Shown here: positions 14,743 through 29,500 of the stretch, piece after piece | Position numbering within the stretch: position 1 is the stretch's first letter | Layout of the letters: each line of letters opens with the position of its first letter | Assembly (NCBI GenBank): GCA_964016885.1 | Contig: OZ024743.1 | Span: 294,624,001-294,688,000, forward strand | Direction of reading: 5' to 3' | Length of the DNA stretch: 64,000 nt | Source of the DNA: Eledone cirrhosa | Taxonomy: Eukaryota | Notes under the pieces: model-generated | What the model was told of the DNA's origin: nothing | Seen by the model: only the letters and a program-made list of their open reading frames with translations | Database searches by the model: none | Translations under genes and position numbers: made by a program

Positions 14743-15903
14743 CACATGAGGCTTAATAATTCACTATTACTACCATTTCAGTCATGCTGCTATAAGCGAT
14801 AGGTTATATAAGCCAATCATATACGTATTCAATTGTGATTTTCTTCTCATGAGAACCTCTAGATTTTCCAAAATTGATTCATGTAGTTATCATTTTTTTT
14901 TCTTTTAATGTAAAGGATATACCAGAATTTAGAATGTTTACCTATGTATATATATATATATATATATATGCATTCAAGCGTATCGACTACCTCTCTACTG
15001 TATACATTTTAGGTATAGAGCTCGGATCATAACATTTATGAAAATTAACTAATTTGTGATTATATATATGTCTGGGTATCGTTGTGTAGAGAGCGTTGTG
15101 TAGAGACCTAGTGATTATTGTATTCGGCTTACGATTCCAGGCATTCCCTTTGTTTTTGAGCATGGCGTTTTTTTTTTCATGCTTCTCCAGTCTACTCATC
15201 TGGCAAAATTGAGTTGTACTTTTAATGCAGGAAAAAACTACATCGGTTCCACAAAGTTGACAGCAACACCACAGACTGAAGTAAGACTTTAAGAAGACAA
15301 AACCAGCCACAGCACATTTAGGAATATATAAGATACAATACGAAAGTGCTCGCAGAGCTAACATACGCAATCTCCCTTCAAAAGCGTTAACTAAACTTAA
15401 TACGCCGGCACGAGGCTCGTAAATACAAGCCGCGAACCAGTCCATGATAGATGTACTAATCCTATACTAAACCTAGCCATAATCCTTTTAATTTTTAATT
15501 TGTAATTTGTAATTCTTTATCATTCAATTTTTATCCTATTTTTCCGAAATATGTTTACATTTCTTATTCATTTCCACTCCCTTTCATCTCATCTAAAGAA
15601 AAATAAAACAGAAAACCGAAAACGTTTAACATTTTAACAAGTTTTATTGCAATTGTTTGTTCCAGCTACGATCGTTCCTTCTTCTGTCTTCCCTCCAGCT
15701 CGCTATAGCTTACTCAACATTCTTTCAATCAGCACTTACGTAGCAATACCAGGGACTTCACGCAATGACATTGCCTATACAACCTAACATACCTATAAAC
15801 ATGTCGCTTGAGATAAACACACACTCACACAAACACACACATATGCGTATGCGTGAGTGTGTGTGTGCATGCACTAATTATAAACACACATGCTCACACA
15901 TGC

Positions 15904-16288
<385 letters not shown>

Positions 16289-16779
16289 CACATATATAAT
16301 GAAAATCCAAATCAAAATTAGAACCCAAGATTCTTGCTTGCTCCCCTCCGTCCATGACCACTGTGTTTATTAAGTGCCTATCCCAGTACTACATTATTCG
16401 GTGGGTCTATATGACGATTGGGAGTGATTTGGCTAATGTTTCTAACATACCTTTATAAAGCCGAAAATACGAGTAAATGGTATTGTTGTTCTAAAGAAAT
16501 GAAAGATGACTTTGATTAAAAATGCTTCAATAAATGATGAGCTGGAGCGAAGATTTCAAAATTTCGATTTATGATACTTCGGAATCTTTTCATAATTTCA
16601 TTAATAGAAAACATCAATGTAGGTTTGATGAAAATGAGAAAGATATTGGAATGCTAGTTAACGAAAGGAAATTGGCAAGGAACTGGAAGGAGTGAAATGT
16701 TGTTGAAGCGGATGAAGGCTAACTTACAAGGCAAGCATGAAATATGCATGGTGGAGAGGTAAAGCAAAGAAGATTCAGG

Positions 16780-18015
16780 TTGCAGCTGATGGTAGTTATA
16801 GAAAGCTATTCTACAGCTTACTACAAAGTCATGGTCCTTATTCATCTCTAATTGTACCTTTGAAATCACGGAATGGCACCAAATCCTTTAGAGATGGAGG
16901 AAACACTTCAATGAACCTATGAATATGGAGCGTTAATTGACTCAATTGTTAGTTCACCTACAAATGACGTACTAGCAGAAAGTTTTAGTTTTGTTATACC
17001 AACACATTCACTATTTGTATTGTATTTCTCTATGGATTTTTACGGTAATTATGGATTGAACCCATGGGTTTTTTATCAACTACCATTGGATGGGTTAGTT
17101 GTTTAACATCAGATGATTCGCTGCTAAAACCAAAGTGATCATTTTTTTAATATGTAAACTTTTGTATGCAGATGATTGTGATATTGTTGTTCCCACTGAG
17201 AATGGCATGGGGTGGCATGCAGTGCATCGGGTCTGACAATAAGTGTGGCCGAGACAGCTGTCATGTACCAACATGGATTCCACTGAGTCTAGCATTTATG
17301 TATATGACAAAACATTGAAATATGTGGACAAAGTTGTGTATTACGGCTGCACAGTTAACATGACAAACATCCTTGATGATGAATTGTCATTACGACTAAA
17401 AAAAGAAGAAATTATTTTCGTAAATTAGATGGGCGTTTCTCCTGTCGACGTGGGATTTGCAGATATACAATTTAACATGTACAGAACATGTGTATTTTTT
17501 TCAGTGTTGTATGCATGTGAAACTTGGGTCACATACCAGTGAAAGATTAAAATGCTTTTCATCAACAATGCGTAAGCCGAATACACAGTGTATATTGGCA
17601 ATCACACATGAGTGATGTTGAAGTAATGGACCGAAGTCATTTTGAAAATAATTCAATATAGATTGTGCTGGAACAGCGGTGTTTTAGGATTATCGTACTA
17701 GTAAAAAGCGAACGGCCAATACATAAACAAAAACTTAAATATAAAGACTGCATAAAAAGAGTTTTGATACAGAGTAGTTAATTATGAAGACATTGCCTTA
17801 GATATATCAGCTTGTTGGAAAATAATGTTTATAGAGAATATGAATTGAAAACAAATCTCGTGTGGAGCAGACAAATCAAAAAGAGGTTTGCGTAAAGGTG
17901 TAGACAATATTACATACTTGAATTTTCAGATTTTAAAAATGACTTTATGTGCAATGAGTGTCGTCGGATTTGCCTCAGTAAAAGTGTTCTTAGAAGTCAT
18001 CATAACAGCCACGTA
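16780..18015 (+). mobile_element. Decayed RTE-clade LINE (RT and C-terminal remnants)
   Basis: RWRKHFNE; LFNIR*FAAKTKV...LLYADDCDIVVPTE (about 17100-17200); GLTISVAETAVMYQ; VLYACETWVTY; C-terminal CNECRRICLSKSVLRSHHNSH (about 17950-18012). Confidence 0.75.
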
Positions 18016-19173
18016 AACAATGTTACCGATGATAATCAGGTTTTAAACGGGAATGGCTCTAAACAAAAAAATTTCAAAAGAGTGTATAAGCCCAGAAATA
18101 TTATGTTGAAATATGCTGCGTAAGGCATTATTTCGTTTTGAGTTGTTTGTCATCCTTTGCCCTTTATATAATTCTACCTTATTTTATATACACACATACA
18201 TATATATATACAGATACATATATATATATACACACATACATATATACAGTCAGTCAACGCGATCAGTCGCATAATTTGGCGTGGGAGACTATTTATTAAA
18301 TTTAAGATGAATACTATCTCCGACAGTAATGCCACAACTACAGTCATATTGAATAACTGGTTATTCTTCTAACTATATCTTCTGAAGACACCTTTTATTT
18401 GAATTCGTAGAGATATCCGACTAAATACATAATTCATTTTACAAGGATTTGCTACAAACAGCATGGCTGAACACAACATCAACAACAAAATTAAGGAAGT
18501 ATCGAAGACAACCAACAAGAAAGGTAAACAAACTTTATTCAGTTGTAGCTACAGAAGAAACCGAAATTATAAATCGCATTTCTCTTGGAGTTGCGAACTT
18601 ATTAATGATTTATTTAAATGTTATAAAATGGCAAAAAAAATCCCTCCATTGGCTATATGAACAGAATGAAGCTACACTGGGACGAAATGCACAGAGAGCT
18701 AAATTATTTCACAATAATTACGCCAACAAGCGACGTTTGTTGAACGTAAAAATAGGAGAAATAGTATTAAATGTAAGTCCCCCCACAACAAACATGTTAT
18801 CAACAACACGTGCTACAGATCGCCATGCTACTAGACTTCCTAGCAGCCAAGTCGAACAGCGTCTTGAAACAACTATGCCTGTAAGAAACTTGACACTACC
18901 TGTACCATCTAAGTCTACCTCGAATGCTGGGGAAAACACTATCGATAATAATAATAATCGAATGAATAATAATAATAATCGAAGAAATTTACACCACGTG
19001 TACCATCCGAGTCTACCTCGATTGTTGTGGAAAATACTATCGATAATGATAATAATCAAAAGTATAAACAATTGAAATTTTCCCCCAACGAAATCTTCCA
19101 GAGAGAAATTAATTCATGTATAAATATCTCTCTTGCTGAACGTATTAAAACGACAATGTTTAATAAAAAAACA

Positions 19174-19340
19174 AATAATTGTTTCTACTTTTGGCACAAG
19201 GCCAGCAATGTTTCAGTACATTACTGGTACTTTATTTTATCAACCTCGTAAGGATGAAAGGCAAAGTTAACCTAGGCGGGATGTGAACTCAGATCGTAAA
19301 GGGACGTAACTATGCTGGAAAGCATGTCCATCACTCTACC
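19174..19340 (-). mobile_element. SINE inserted in the R4 element ORF
   Basis: Reverse complement of the 34873 SINE. Imperfect TSD aaa.caaataat on both sides. Confidence 0.85.
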
Positions 19341-19820
19341 AAACCAAATAATGAAATATTACGTGTTATTGACGAAATAGGGGATGAATATTTACGACGA
19401 ATAAAACCCCAACATTTTGGCAAATCAACGCCTGTTTATATGCCTTAGAAACGACAGTGAAGCTTTATCTTGGTGATAGCAGATATATTAACAAGAACAG
19501 AACACCACCAAATATACCATCATATATAACTAAAACAGAAAAAAAAGATTGCTGACCTGCGAAAAACCATAGGATATGTTACAATGCTCCTTGCATGCAA
19601 ACAAACACAAAAAAAACTCAGTCCTCACCAACAAAGAGTGAAAAATAAAATAGAGACGATGTTTGGTAACAGTAGAACCAGAACTCTTCAATATTAGCTG
19701 ATCACCCTCAAACAAGAATTGAGAGCTGTTAGCGAAAAACGCCGATACCTGAAGAAGGTAGATGAAAGAAAAGTGCTTAATAAAAGATTCAGACGAAACC
19801 AAATATCAGTCTATTGAGAT

Positions 19821-21557
19821 ATGAAGAACAAAATAAGTGTCACTGAGGCCCCATCCCAGAAAGACATGGATTCCTTTTGGAGCAAAATCTGGGGTGAAGA
19901 GAAGAATTTCAACCAAGATTCAGTGTGGCTAAGAGAAATACGAAAGAACTATTGCTCCTACACTACAACAAAAACATACGAAATAAGTGAGGATACCCTT
20001 GAGACAGTGATAGAAAAACCCCAAGATAAGAAAACGCCAGGAAGAGACATAATTGTCGGCTACTGGTACAAAGAACTAATATTCTATCGGAGGTATCTTA
20101 CTGACCTCTACCAACAAGTTCTTAAGGGAGATACACTTATAGCAGAATGGCTGACATTAGCACAAACATTACTGGTCTCCAAGAACAAAGACACCCACTT
20201 GGCAAAAAACTACCGACCCAATGCATGCCAGAACCTGATGTATAGGATGTATACAGCCTGCCTGAACCTATTCCTCCAAGATCACTGTGAAAATAATAAC
20301 ATCATCACAGATGAACAAACAGCTGTAAAGAAAGGGGTTTGGGGATGTGCCGAACAACTCCTAATCAACAAAACTGCGATGTCGGAGGTGAGACAACTTA
20401 GGATGAATATCGCTACAGTCTGGCTGGACTACAGGAAAGCTTTCGATTCTGTTCCCCACTCTTGGATGATAGAGGCCCTCCAACTTGCTAAAGTCCCAGA
20501 CATTATTGTCAGAGCCATAGAGAGGCTGTCTTCTTCTTGGGCTACTATCCTAAGGTTAAAGACAAAGAAGGAGGACTCTATTTTCACTGATAAAATAAAA
20601 TATTGCAGGGGTATATTTCAGGGGGACAGTCTCTCTGTGATATTATTCATCTTGTCATTAAAGCCCTTGTCATTTCTGCTCAAGAAATGTGAGGGATACA
20701 TCATTGGCTCACAGGAAGACATAAATACGAACCTAAACCATAATTTCTTTGTGGACGATCTGAAACTCTATGCCAAAAACATGGATGGGATGAAGAAAAA
20801 TCTTGACCTGGTTACAACGTTCTTAAAGGATATAGGAATGGAATTTGGGCAAGATAAATGCTCATACATGACTGTAAAGCGGGGAAAAACAACGAACCAA
20901 TCTAGCAACATTGTCATCAATAATCTAACTGTTTCACCGATATCTGGTGAGGACTGCTACAGATACCTGGGGATAGATGAGAACATATCCTATAATGGTA
21001 TCTGTAATAAGGAACGCGTAACCAGGGAATACAACACCCGATTAAGAAAGATCTGGTCATCGGAACTCTCTGCGCAAAACAAAACAGTGTCTCATAATGT
21101 GTTTGCTGTGCCTGTCCTAACACCAACGTTTGGAACACTCAATTGGACGATAGACGAAATCCGAGCAGTTGATGTTGGAACTCGAAAAATTCTAAACAAC
21201 ACCGGAAACTTCCACATCATAATTTTCAGAGACCGCCTTTACTTGAAACGTAAGCAGGGAGGAAGAGGCCTAACAACAGTCCAGACAACATTTGAATGTC
21301 GCAACATTTCCCTCCGAAAACATCTACGAACCTCGAAGCGTAGGAGCCCGTTTCTCGAGCAAGTCTATCTGCATGAAACAGATAAGATCATGAGAGTTGG
21401 GAAGGAACTCCTCGAGAGATATTCCCTGTGTGATAATCAAAATCTCACATCCAGGGAAGTCGCTCAGCAGTATTGCAGTGAATCCATGGATGAAAATCTG
21501 CATGCTTATCAGCAAAAATATCGTGCATGGATGTGTTGCCAGGAAGCTCCAGAGTGA
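19821..21557 (+). pseudogene. Reverse transcriptase domain of the R4/Dong element (578-aa open stretch)
   Basis: KNYRP, WLDYRKAFDSVPHSW, RGIFQGDSLS, FFVDDLKLY, YRYLGI, DRLYLKRKQGGRGL. Flanking parts of the ORF are broken. Confidence 0.92.
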
Positions 21558-22531
21558 GAGTAATATAGATAAGTAAAGTAGTCTATATTGGACCAACAAC
21601 CACTATATTGGCTCCCACTTTGAAGGATACGCTTTTGCAATCCAAGAACAGGAGATTAACACGAAATACCTGATTCACAAAAGAGATAGGGATGCAGGCA
21701 AAATACCTAGATGTGATAACAAGTGCAGACTCTGCTGAACTAACATCGAGGATATCACCCATGTCATCAGCAGCTGTCCAAAGATATCATCGCGGTACTA
21801 TTTACCTATGAGGCATTATGTAGTGGCCAAAACACTGTACAATGCAGTTTGTAAAAAAGATAGCCCAATAATAAACACATTAAAAGCTACAGAAATATGG
21901 AAGACATCCATGTACATAATATGAAAGAGTACTGGTGGCATGTTCCAGTAAAAACCCCAATAAAATGCAGGCATAACAGACCAGATATTATGATATGGGA
22001 TAGGGAGAGGAAAGCATGCACAGTAGTGGAAATTAGCTGCCCAGCAGATGCCAATATAATATCAAAGATTAGTGAAAAGGAGAATATTTATGCAGAACTG
22101 ATGAGAAATCTGCAGATACTCCACCCTGATTACACATTCAGATTTATGCCTGTGATTATTGGGGCAGTGGGGTATATTAGTAACTGCCTCAGCACAAATC
22201 GGGAGAAGCTAGGCTTCACAGGAACAGAAAGAACACAACTAGTTAGGAAATTACAAGTACAATCCAGTAAAAATATGTAAAACATTCCAAAAATGTTGCA
22301 TCTAATAACTGCATATACACATGTACAGATACAAAGCATATATACATGCACACATACAACTCAAAACATCCACATCCACACATACAATAACATCCATATC
22401 TACACATGCATGCATACATAATCTACCTAGTTGATGTTGTGTAAATTCCAATGAGAGAGTCTTGTGTCTATGTTAGAAACCGACTCTCTCTCTATTGTGA
22501 AAAAATTTGTGAAATTATAAAACGAGAAGAA

Positions 22532-22681
<150 letters not shown>

Positions 22682-22849
22682 CGGGTAAACAAATTATTGT
22701 TATAGGTAGTCCACTTAGATGTAGTCCAGTTAGGGTACTCCGAGTAGTGGATAGTATTAACGCTTGGCTAAGTTTGACTGAACAAGACGTTTCCATAGCG
22801 ATGCTGCGAGTACACGGGGATTTCTATGTAGTTTACACCTGGAGTAATA

Positions 22850-23252
22850 ATAAATCAAGAAAGAAGAGTGACATGGTTTGCTATACAATAAGGTCTTTAT
22901 TCACATTGCTGACAATTGTTTCTCTGAACTGGTAGGTCTAGAGATCGCTACCTGCCTGGTTTTGCGTCAATCGATCACCAATACTATGTTATAACCAGTC
23001 TATTCATCAGAGCATGTGAGAATGAGGGGAATAAATAGGCATGGCTTCTATATATAGTATTGGCATTAAATCAGAACAATAATAACAGCACTCAAATAAA
23101 TTAGCTAGATAGTAAATAGTTAAAATAATCACAACATCGCAAAAACAGGCGGGTAGCGATCTTTAGACCTAGTTCAGAGAAACAATTGTCAGCAATATGA
23201 ATTAAAACTCTTATTGTATAGCAAACCATATCACTCTTCTTTTTTGATTTAT
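22850..23252. mobile_element. Inverted-repeat element (~115-bp arms) with hammerhead remnants
   Basis: 22850-22966 vs 23138-23252. The right arm has GAAAC-AATT-GTC. The spacer has a minus-strand CTGATGA at 23004-23010. Confidence 0.7.
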
Positions 23253-23260
23253 ATATATAT

Positions 23261-23872
23261 ATTAAAATAACAGATTTAAGTTTAAGCAAAGAATCGCTGC
23301 TTTCCCCCTTAACGGGATCTTCTGAAACCAAAAAAGTCAATCTGTGAACGCAGAAGTAAATATTTCGAAAAACGTTGCAACCGAAGGAAGACAGGAAGAC
23401 GATACTTTTGTTCGTGTAAACGTTCCCTGGCAAAGATTGGAAAAAAACGAGTGTAATACGATGAAAACAATTACACGCAAAGACAAAACCACGTTTATGG
23501 TATAAATGAAGTCACAGAAGAATATTCTATTAGGTGGTTTTGTCTGTGCGTGTAATTGTTCTCCACGATCCACATAATGACGTATTATCTTCGTTTTTTC
23601 TGTTCATTGCCAGAGAACGTCTCCACAAACCAAAGTATCGTCTTCCTGTCTTCGTTCGATTGCAACGCTTTTTGAAATATTTACTTCTGCGTTCACAGAT
23701 TGACTTTTTTAGTTTCAGAAGATCTCGTTAAGGGGGAAAGCAGCTATTCTTTGCTTAAACTTTAATCTGTTATTTTAATAAATATTTGCTCAACGGTTCT
23801 TATATATTTGATATATATTTATCCTTATCGAGGCCTCTTTGGATTTTAGTCTTCAAATTTATTATTATTACT
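23261..23872. mobile_element. ORF-less inverted pLTR pair of the same PLE family as 1349-3119
   Basis: 23261-23492 vs 23534-23779 are inverted. Both align by eye with 1440-1700. 23780-23872 is the reverse complement of 1349-1440. (TA)n on both sides. Confidence 0.85.
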
Positions 23873-23907
23873 ATATATATATATATTTATATATATATAT
23901 AAATATA

Positions 23908-23994
<87 letters not shown>

Positions 23995-24569
23995 ACTAGA
24001 AATTGATTGACATATATATATATATACCTAAAATAAACATATGAAACAATCAGTTGAAAGGACTTGACTGCTATTTCTAGTCGTCAATAACCCCATTCAC
24101 GCCACTGGGACGAAGCTGGCGCGATTTGTGTATATGTATTAAATGCAACACGTGCTAATAGTTAGTCACATATTTGAATTTGATGTGTAAACACAGATAG
24201 TTAAGTCTTCTTCCTTGTTGAAAATCCAAAATTTGATTACTGTCGTTTACCAATGGATTAATTGGTGAAATATATTTCTTTAAGGAAATATATACAAGGA
24301 AGATTAATCAATTTATAAGGTATCTATTTTTGAAGTTCTAGTTAAACTTGAATTAGTTACCCACATAGCTGTGTATGCTTACACACTTTTACAGATTATC
24401 CCCTGTGATTGTGTCATATGTTTATTTTATATATATATATATATATATGTCAATCAATTTCTAGTTGATATAAAATGCTCGAACCTATTCATTGGAATCT
24501 TGGAGCATATTTTACAATGGATATGGCGTATGTCTCTCTGACATGACACCCTTAATTTAATCTAAATTT

Positions 24570-24616
<47 letters not shown>

Positions 24617-24893
24617 CGTTTATTGATCGGTGACGCGCTATTCATTATTGATCAGCTCATGGTTCGATCTGTATCGATCTGGCCCGACTCTGGAATCAAA
24701 ATCTCGTCGGACCTATGCTGCTGTTCTAATGACAGAATATATATATATATTGATTTCCTTCGGATGAAATATTTCCAGTCCATTTCTATATTAAAGTTTG
24801 TATATACTCAACTGTGTATTGAGTACCTTACTTACTGTGGTTACCACTCATTGAACCCTGGACTCACACACCACTCGCACACACACACACACA

Positions 24894-24946
<53 letters not shown>

Positions 24947-24949
<3 letters not shown>

Positions 24950-25042
24950 ATTGTTTCTACTTTTAGCACAAGGCCAGGAATTATCCAGTACATTACTGGT
25001 ACTTTATTTTATCGACCCCTTAAGGATGAAAGGCAAAGTTAA
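24947..25042 (-). mobile_element. SINE, 3' half
   Basis: ttgtttctacttttagcacaaggccag...gatgaaaggcaaagttaa. Confidence 0.85.
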
Positions 25043-25414
25043 TGGCTATCAATATGACCAGCTATTGCGATCTCCTGCTTCCTTAAATATGGAGCCCAAC
25101 GCCCCAACAAAACCCCCATCATGGTCTCTCCGGTTGAGGAAAACATACGACAGTATAGCAAACCAAAAGCACACCTAGGAACCGGAAGTATGTCCACGTA
25201 CCATACTGCTGCATTAGTAACCGAAAACCTGTGACTTCTTCCGCCTATACTACACACATTCTATGAAAAGCCCATCGTCTGCTTGTGGCTCGAGGATATC
25301 CTTCATATAACATAGGATGATCATAGTTAACGGAAAAAGAAAAAAGAATATACGCAAAAAGTGCTTATAGCTCAACTCTCACAGTGACTGGAAAGCCACT
25401 TTCTAACTCTCTCT

Positions 25415-25530
<116 letters not shown>

Positions 25531-25592
25531 GAAGTATTTCCTTCGGAAAGCTACAGGAAAAAAGAGTGCTATATGTAGGCTACAGAGCTTAT

Positions 25593-25725
25593 TAGTTATG
25601 TAATAAACAATATAAGATAATTGTTTCATTTACCAGTGGTTTCTTGTAGGCAGATGTTATGTTATAATATGTGCCTTCAAGAAACCACTGGTAAATGAAA
25701 TAATTTTCTTATGTTGTTTATTACA

Positions 25726-25731
<6 letters not shown>
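25593..25731. mobile_element. Fold-back element (~68-bp arms, 3-nt loop) abutting (TA)n
   Basis: 25593-25660 pairs with 25664-25731 with few mismatches. Confidence 0.75.
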
Positions 25732-25800
<69 letters not shown>

Positions 25801-25817
25801 ATAATAATAAAATTTTA

Positions 25818-26696
<879 letters not shown>

Positions 26697-26800
26697 AGTA
26701 TATCTACCAACATATGTATACAGATGTATATCCATGCTAGCAAATATATATGTTATGTCTTAGTACCTTTGTGGGTCTATGCAAGGGGATACAGAACAAT

Positions 26801-27040
26801 TATATGAAAGACGTAAAATAAGAGAATTTTAAAATTAACTTACTTACTAAAATTTTCACTCCAACTAATTAGTTTCTGTAAGGGAATAAATATAGTTACG
26901 CAAAGCAACTATAGAGAATTCCTTGACGTAAGGATTTCTCTATAGTTGCGTTGCGTAACTATATTTATTCCCTTACAGAAACTAATTAGTTGGAGTGAAA
27001 ATTTTAGTAAGTTAATTTTAAAATTCTCTTATTTTACGTC

Positions 27041-27049
<9 letters not shown>
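26801..27049. mobile_element. Near-perfect ~250-bp palindrome abutting (TA)n
   Basis: Arms 26801-26924 and 26930-27049, loop gacgt. About 2 substitutions and one 4-bp indel. Confidence 0.8.
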
Positions 27050-27095
<46 letters not shown>

Positions 27096-27099
<4 letters not shown>

Positions 27100-27890
27100 A
27101 AAATATGGTTTGAGGAAGGCGAGTCTGTATGTTTATTGATAACAAGTGTTAGAAGGTAAGGCGACAACACTCGTTATCAGTAACTACACAGGCTCGCCTT
27201 CCTCAACCCATATTTTTGTATTTACAGCTGTGAGCTCCTCTCTACCTGTTTCGCTCGATTTGTTGTTCCTGGTCGGACTTATGTCGAATCACGCTTTTGG
27301 ATCAACTCCCCCCTCTCTCTCTATCTCTCTCTCTTTCTTTCTATCCATTGGCTTGTTTTTCGGTCTCGGTTGCACGTGCGTTGTAAACCCTTTTGGATTA
27401 ACTCCATTTTCCTTCTCCTCCCCCGTCTCCCTCTATCCCTCTTACTCACCCCCCCACCCACACCCCGTGTCTATCGCCTCTCACTTCCGATTTCTCCGTC
27501 TTTCTCTCTCTCTACACTTAATTTACTGAGAATAGCCACGGAAATACCTGCACCTCTGTTATTATGGCCACCGAACTTAAATCCAATGGCTTGGTTTAAC
27601 TTGATCTATTTTCTCTTCGGTTACTCACATACATGTGCCATTGTCCTGTGTTCCCCCTTCTATCGGTATGTTTACTTCATTTTTCCTCTTTTTCATCTTC
27701 CCTTTTTTTCTTTCTTTCTCTCTCTTCGCTATCACTTCTTTCCCTCGTGTCATATTGATAGATAAAAGGCTATGTGCGCGCTATGGATCGATGTTCTGTT
27801 TATAATGCGCCGAAACATCTAGGACCCATAGTAAACAGCTGACGAAGGGAAACTTTCCATTACGTTTGTGACGCCTTACCTTCTACCTAT
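27096..27890 (+). mobile_element. PLE-like tail with a 5' fold-back and a decayed hammerhead
   Basis: Inverted repeat 27096-27150 vs 27166-27220. Pyrimidine-rich body. ctatgg...GAAACatcta...ccatag at 27781-27831 and CTGACGA at 27839. (TA)n on both sides. Confidence 0.55.
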
Positions 27891-27901
27891 ATATATATAA
27901 C

Positions 27902-28042
<141 letters not shown>

Positions 28043-28181
28043 TTAGGTTTGTTGGTTCACCAATGGATAGAACTGGTCATTCTGTATGGTCAACCTCGAT
28101 GTAATATTAGGGAGAGCACTCGACGTAATGCAACTCACCGGTCTTTGCTTGTGTTGTTGGTGGTGCGAGTACGGAGTTAAT

Positions 28182-28590
28182 TATTATGAAATAAAAGGAG
28201 GCTGGACTGGTGTAATTCCTTAAAGGTTTATTATACTATGATTATTTCAATGACCGTGTTCAGTATGAATCCGGTGACAACATCGAGTATTCGAAATTCA
28301 ACATAGGAATATAATACACACAATCCATTGTCTGAAAAGGCAGAGAGACAAGAAGGCGGCCACACATTTAGCAGTTTCTAGTCAGGTCGGCCGCCTTCAA
28401 GTCGTACTAGAAACTGCTAAATGTGTGGCCGCCTTCTTGTCTCTCTGCCTTTTCAGCCCCATGGATTGTGTCTATTATATTCCTTTGTTAAATTTCGAAT
28501 ACCTGATGATGTCACCGGATTCATACTGAACACGGCCATTGACATGTTCATAGTATAATAAACCTTTAAGCCTCCTCTTATTTTATAATA
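28182..28590. mobile_element. Fold-back element (~185-200-bp arms) abutting (TA)n
   Basis: 28182-28382 vs 28406-28590. CTGATGA...GAACacgg.c hammerhead-like remnant at 28503-28537. Confidence 0.78.
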
Positions 28591-29312
28591 TATATATATA
28601 TATATATATTGAATCGTATAAATATTTTTTTATTCGCAGATATCTCCTCAGATAGCTCCTTAGTTTCTCAGATATGTGAGTATTTATGTGTAAACATTTA
28701 CACATAAAGACTCACGTTTCCAAGGAATTATTGATTAAAGGTTGTGATCCGATCGTGCTCGCTCGTACCTTGAGCTGATCGATAAAGGAACACGTGTCAT
28801 GTGTGAATAAATATGTATATTAGCCGTTGGTAATAACGGGTGTAAAACACCACCACGATAGTTAGACGTTTGTTACAGCATCAAGTGCTCAAAGCTGTGC
28901 ATCACCTGCCTTCACAGACCAAACAACTATTATATATATATATATGTGTCCCACCAAAATGTATAAACACTTTTATTAGAATGCTGTTGAAGTGTGTATA
29001 TATTTTTGGGACACCCTGTATATATATATGTGTGTGTGTGTGTGTGTACACTTATACAGTCATATGATTACTTTTCCTGTTTGTAAATTGCTAATGATAG
29101 TAAGCAACGATAATAACTAAATTTATTCTAATCTACTCGAGACATGATATTTATTGAAATATAATAATTTACTTTATCTAAATCAAACAAAACTAAATCA
29201 AACATAATTTATATTTATTTTCCACTAAAACTTAATAACCGATGATTTTAGTATGACTTTCTTGTTTTGTTATTATCTTTATAATCATGTTGTCAATAAG
29301 TTTAGTTTTTGC

Positions 29313-29500
29313 AATAATTGTTTCTACTTTAGGCACAAGGCCAGCAATTACCCAGTGCATTACTGGTACTTTATTTTATCGACCCCGTAAGGATGAAAGG
29401 CAAAGTCAACCTCGGCGGGATTTGAACTCAGATCGTAAAGGGACGTAACTATGCTGGAAAGCATGGTGTCTGACTCTCTACCGATACTGCCAATCCACTG
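29313..29500 (-). mobile_element. Full-length tRNA-derived SINE
   Basis: Reverse complement of the 34873 copy. TSD tgcaataat at 29310-29318 and 29499-29507. Confidence 0.9.

Larger units (their letters stand above)
18247..22531 (+). mobile_element. Near full-length R4/Dong-clade RLE non-LTR retrotransposon, inactive
   Basis: ATG at 18463; N-terminal WSCELINDLFKCY...GYMNRMKLHWDEMH; RT; CCHC (CRLC*TNIEDITHVISSC); RLE (RPDIMIWDRERKACTVVEISCP); 3' UTR hairpin gagagagtc/gactctctc; (CATA)n tail and CATA-rich 5' flank. Confidence 0.88.

Noticed and set aside
14987-15445. 152-aa minus-strand ORF
   Set aside because: No recognisable domain. Possibly decayed TE sequence, but it cannot be supported.
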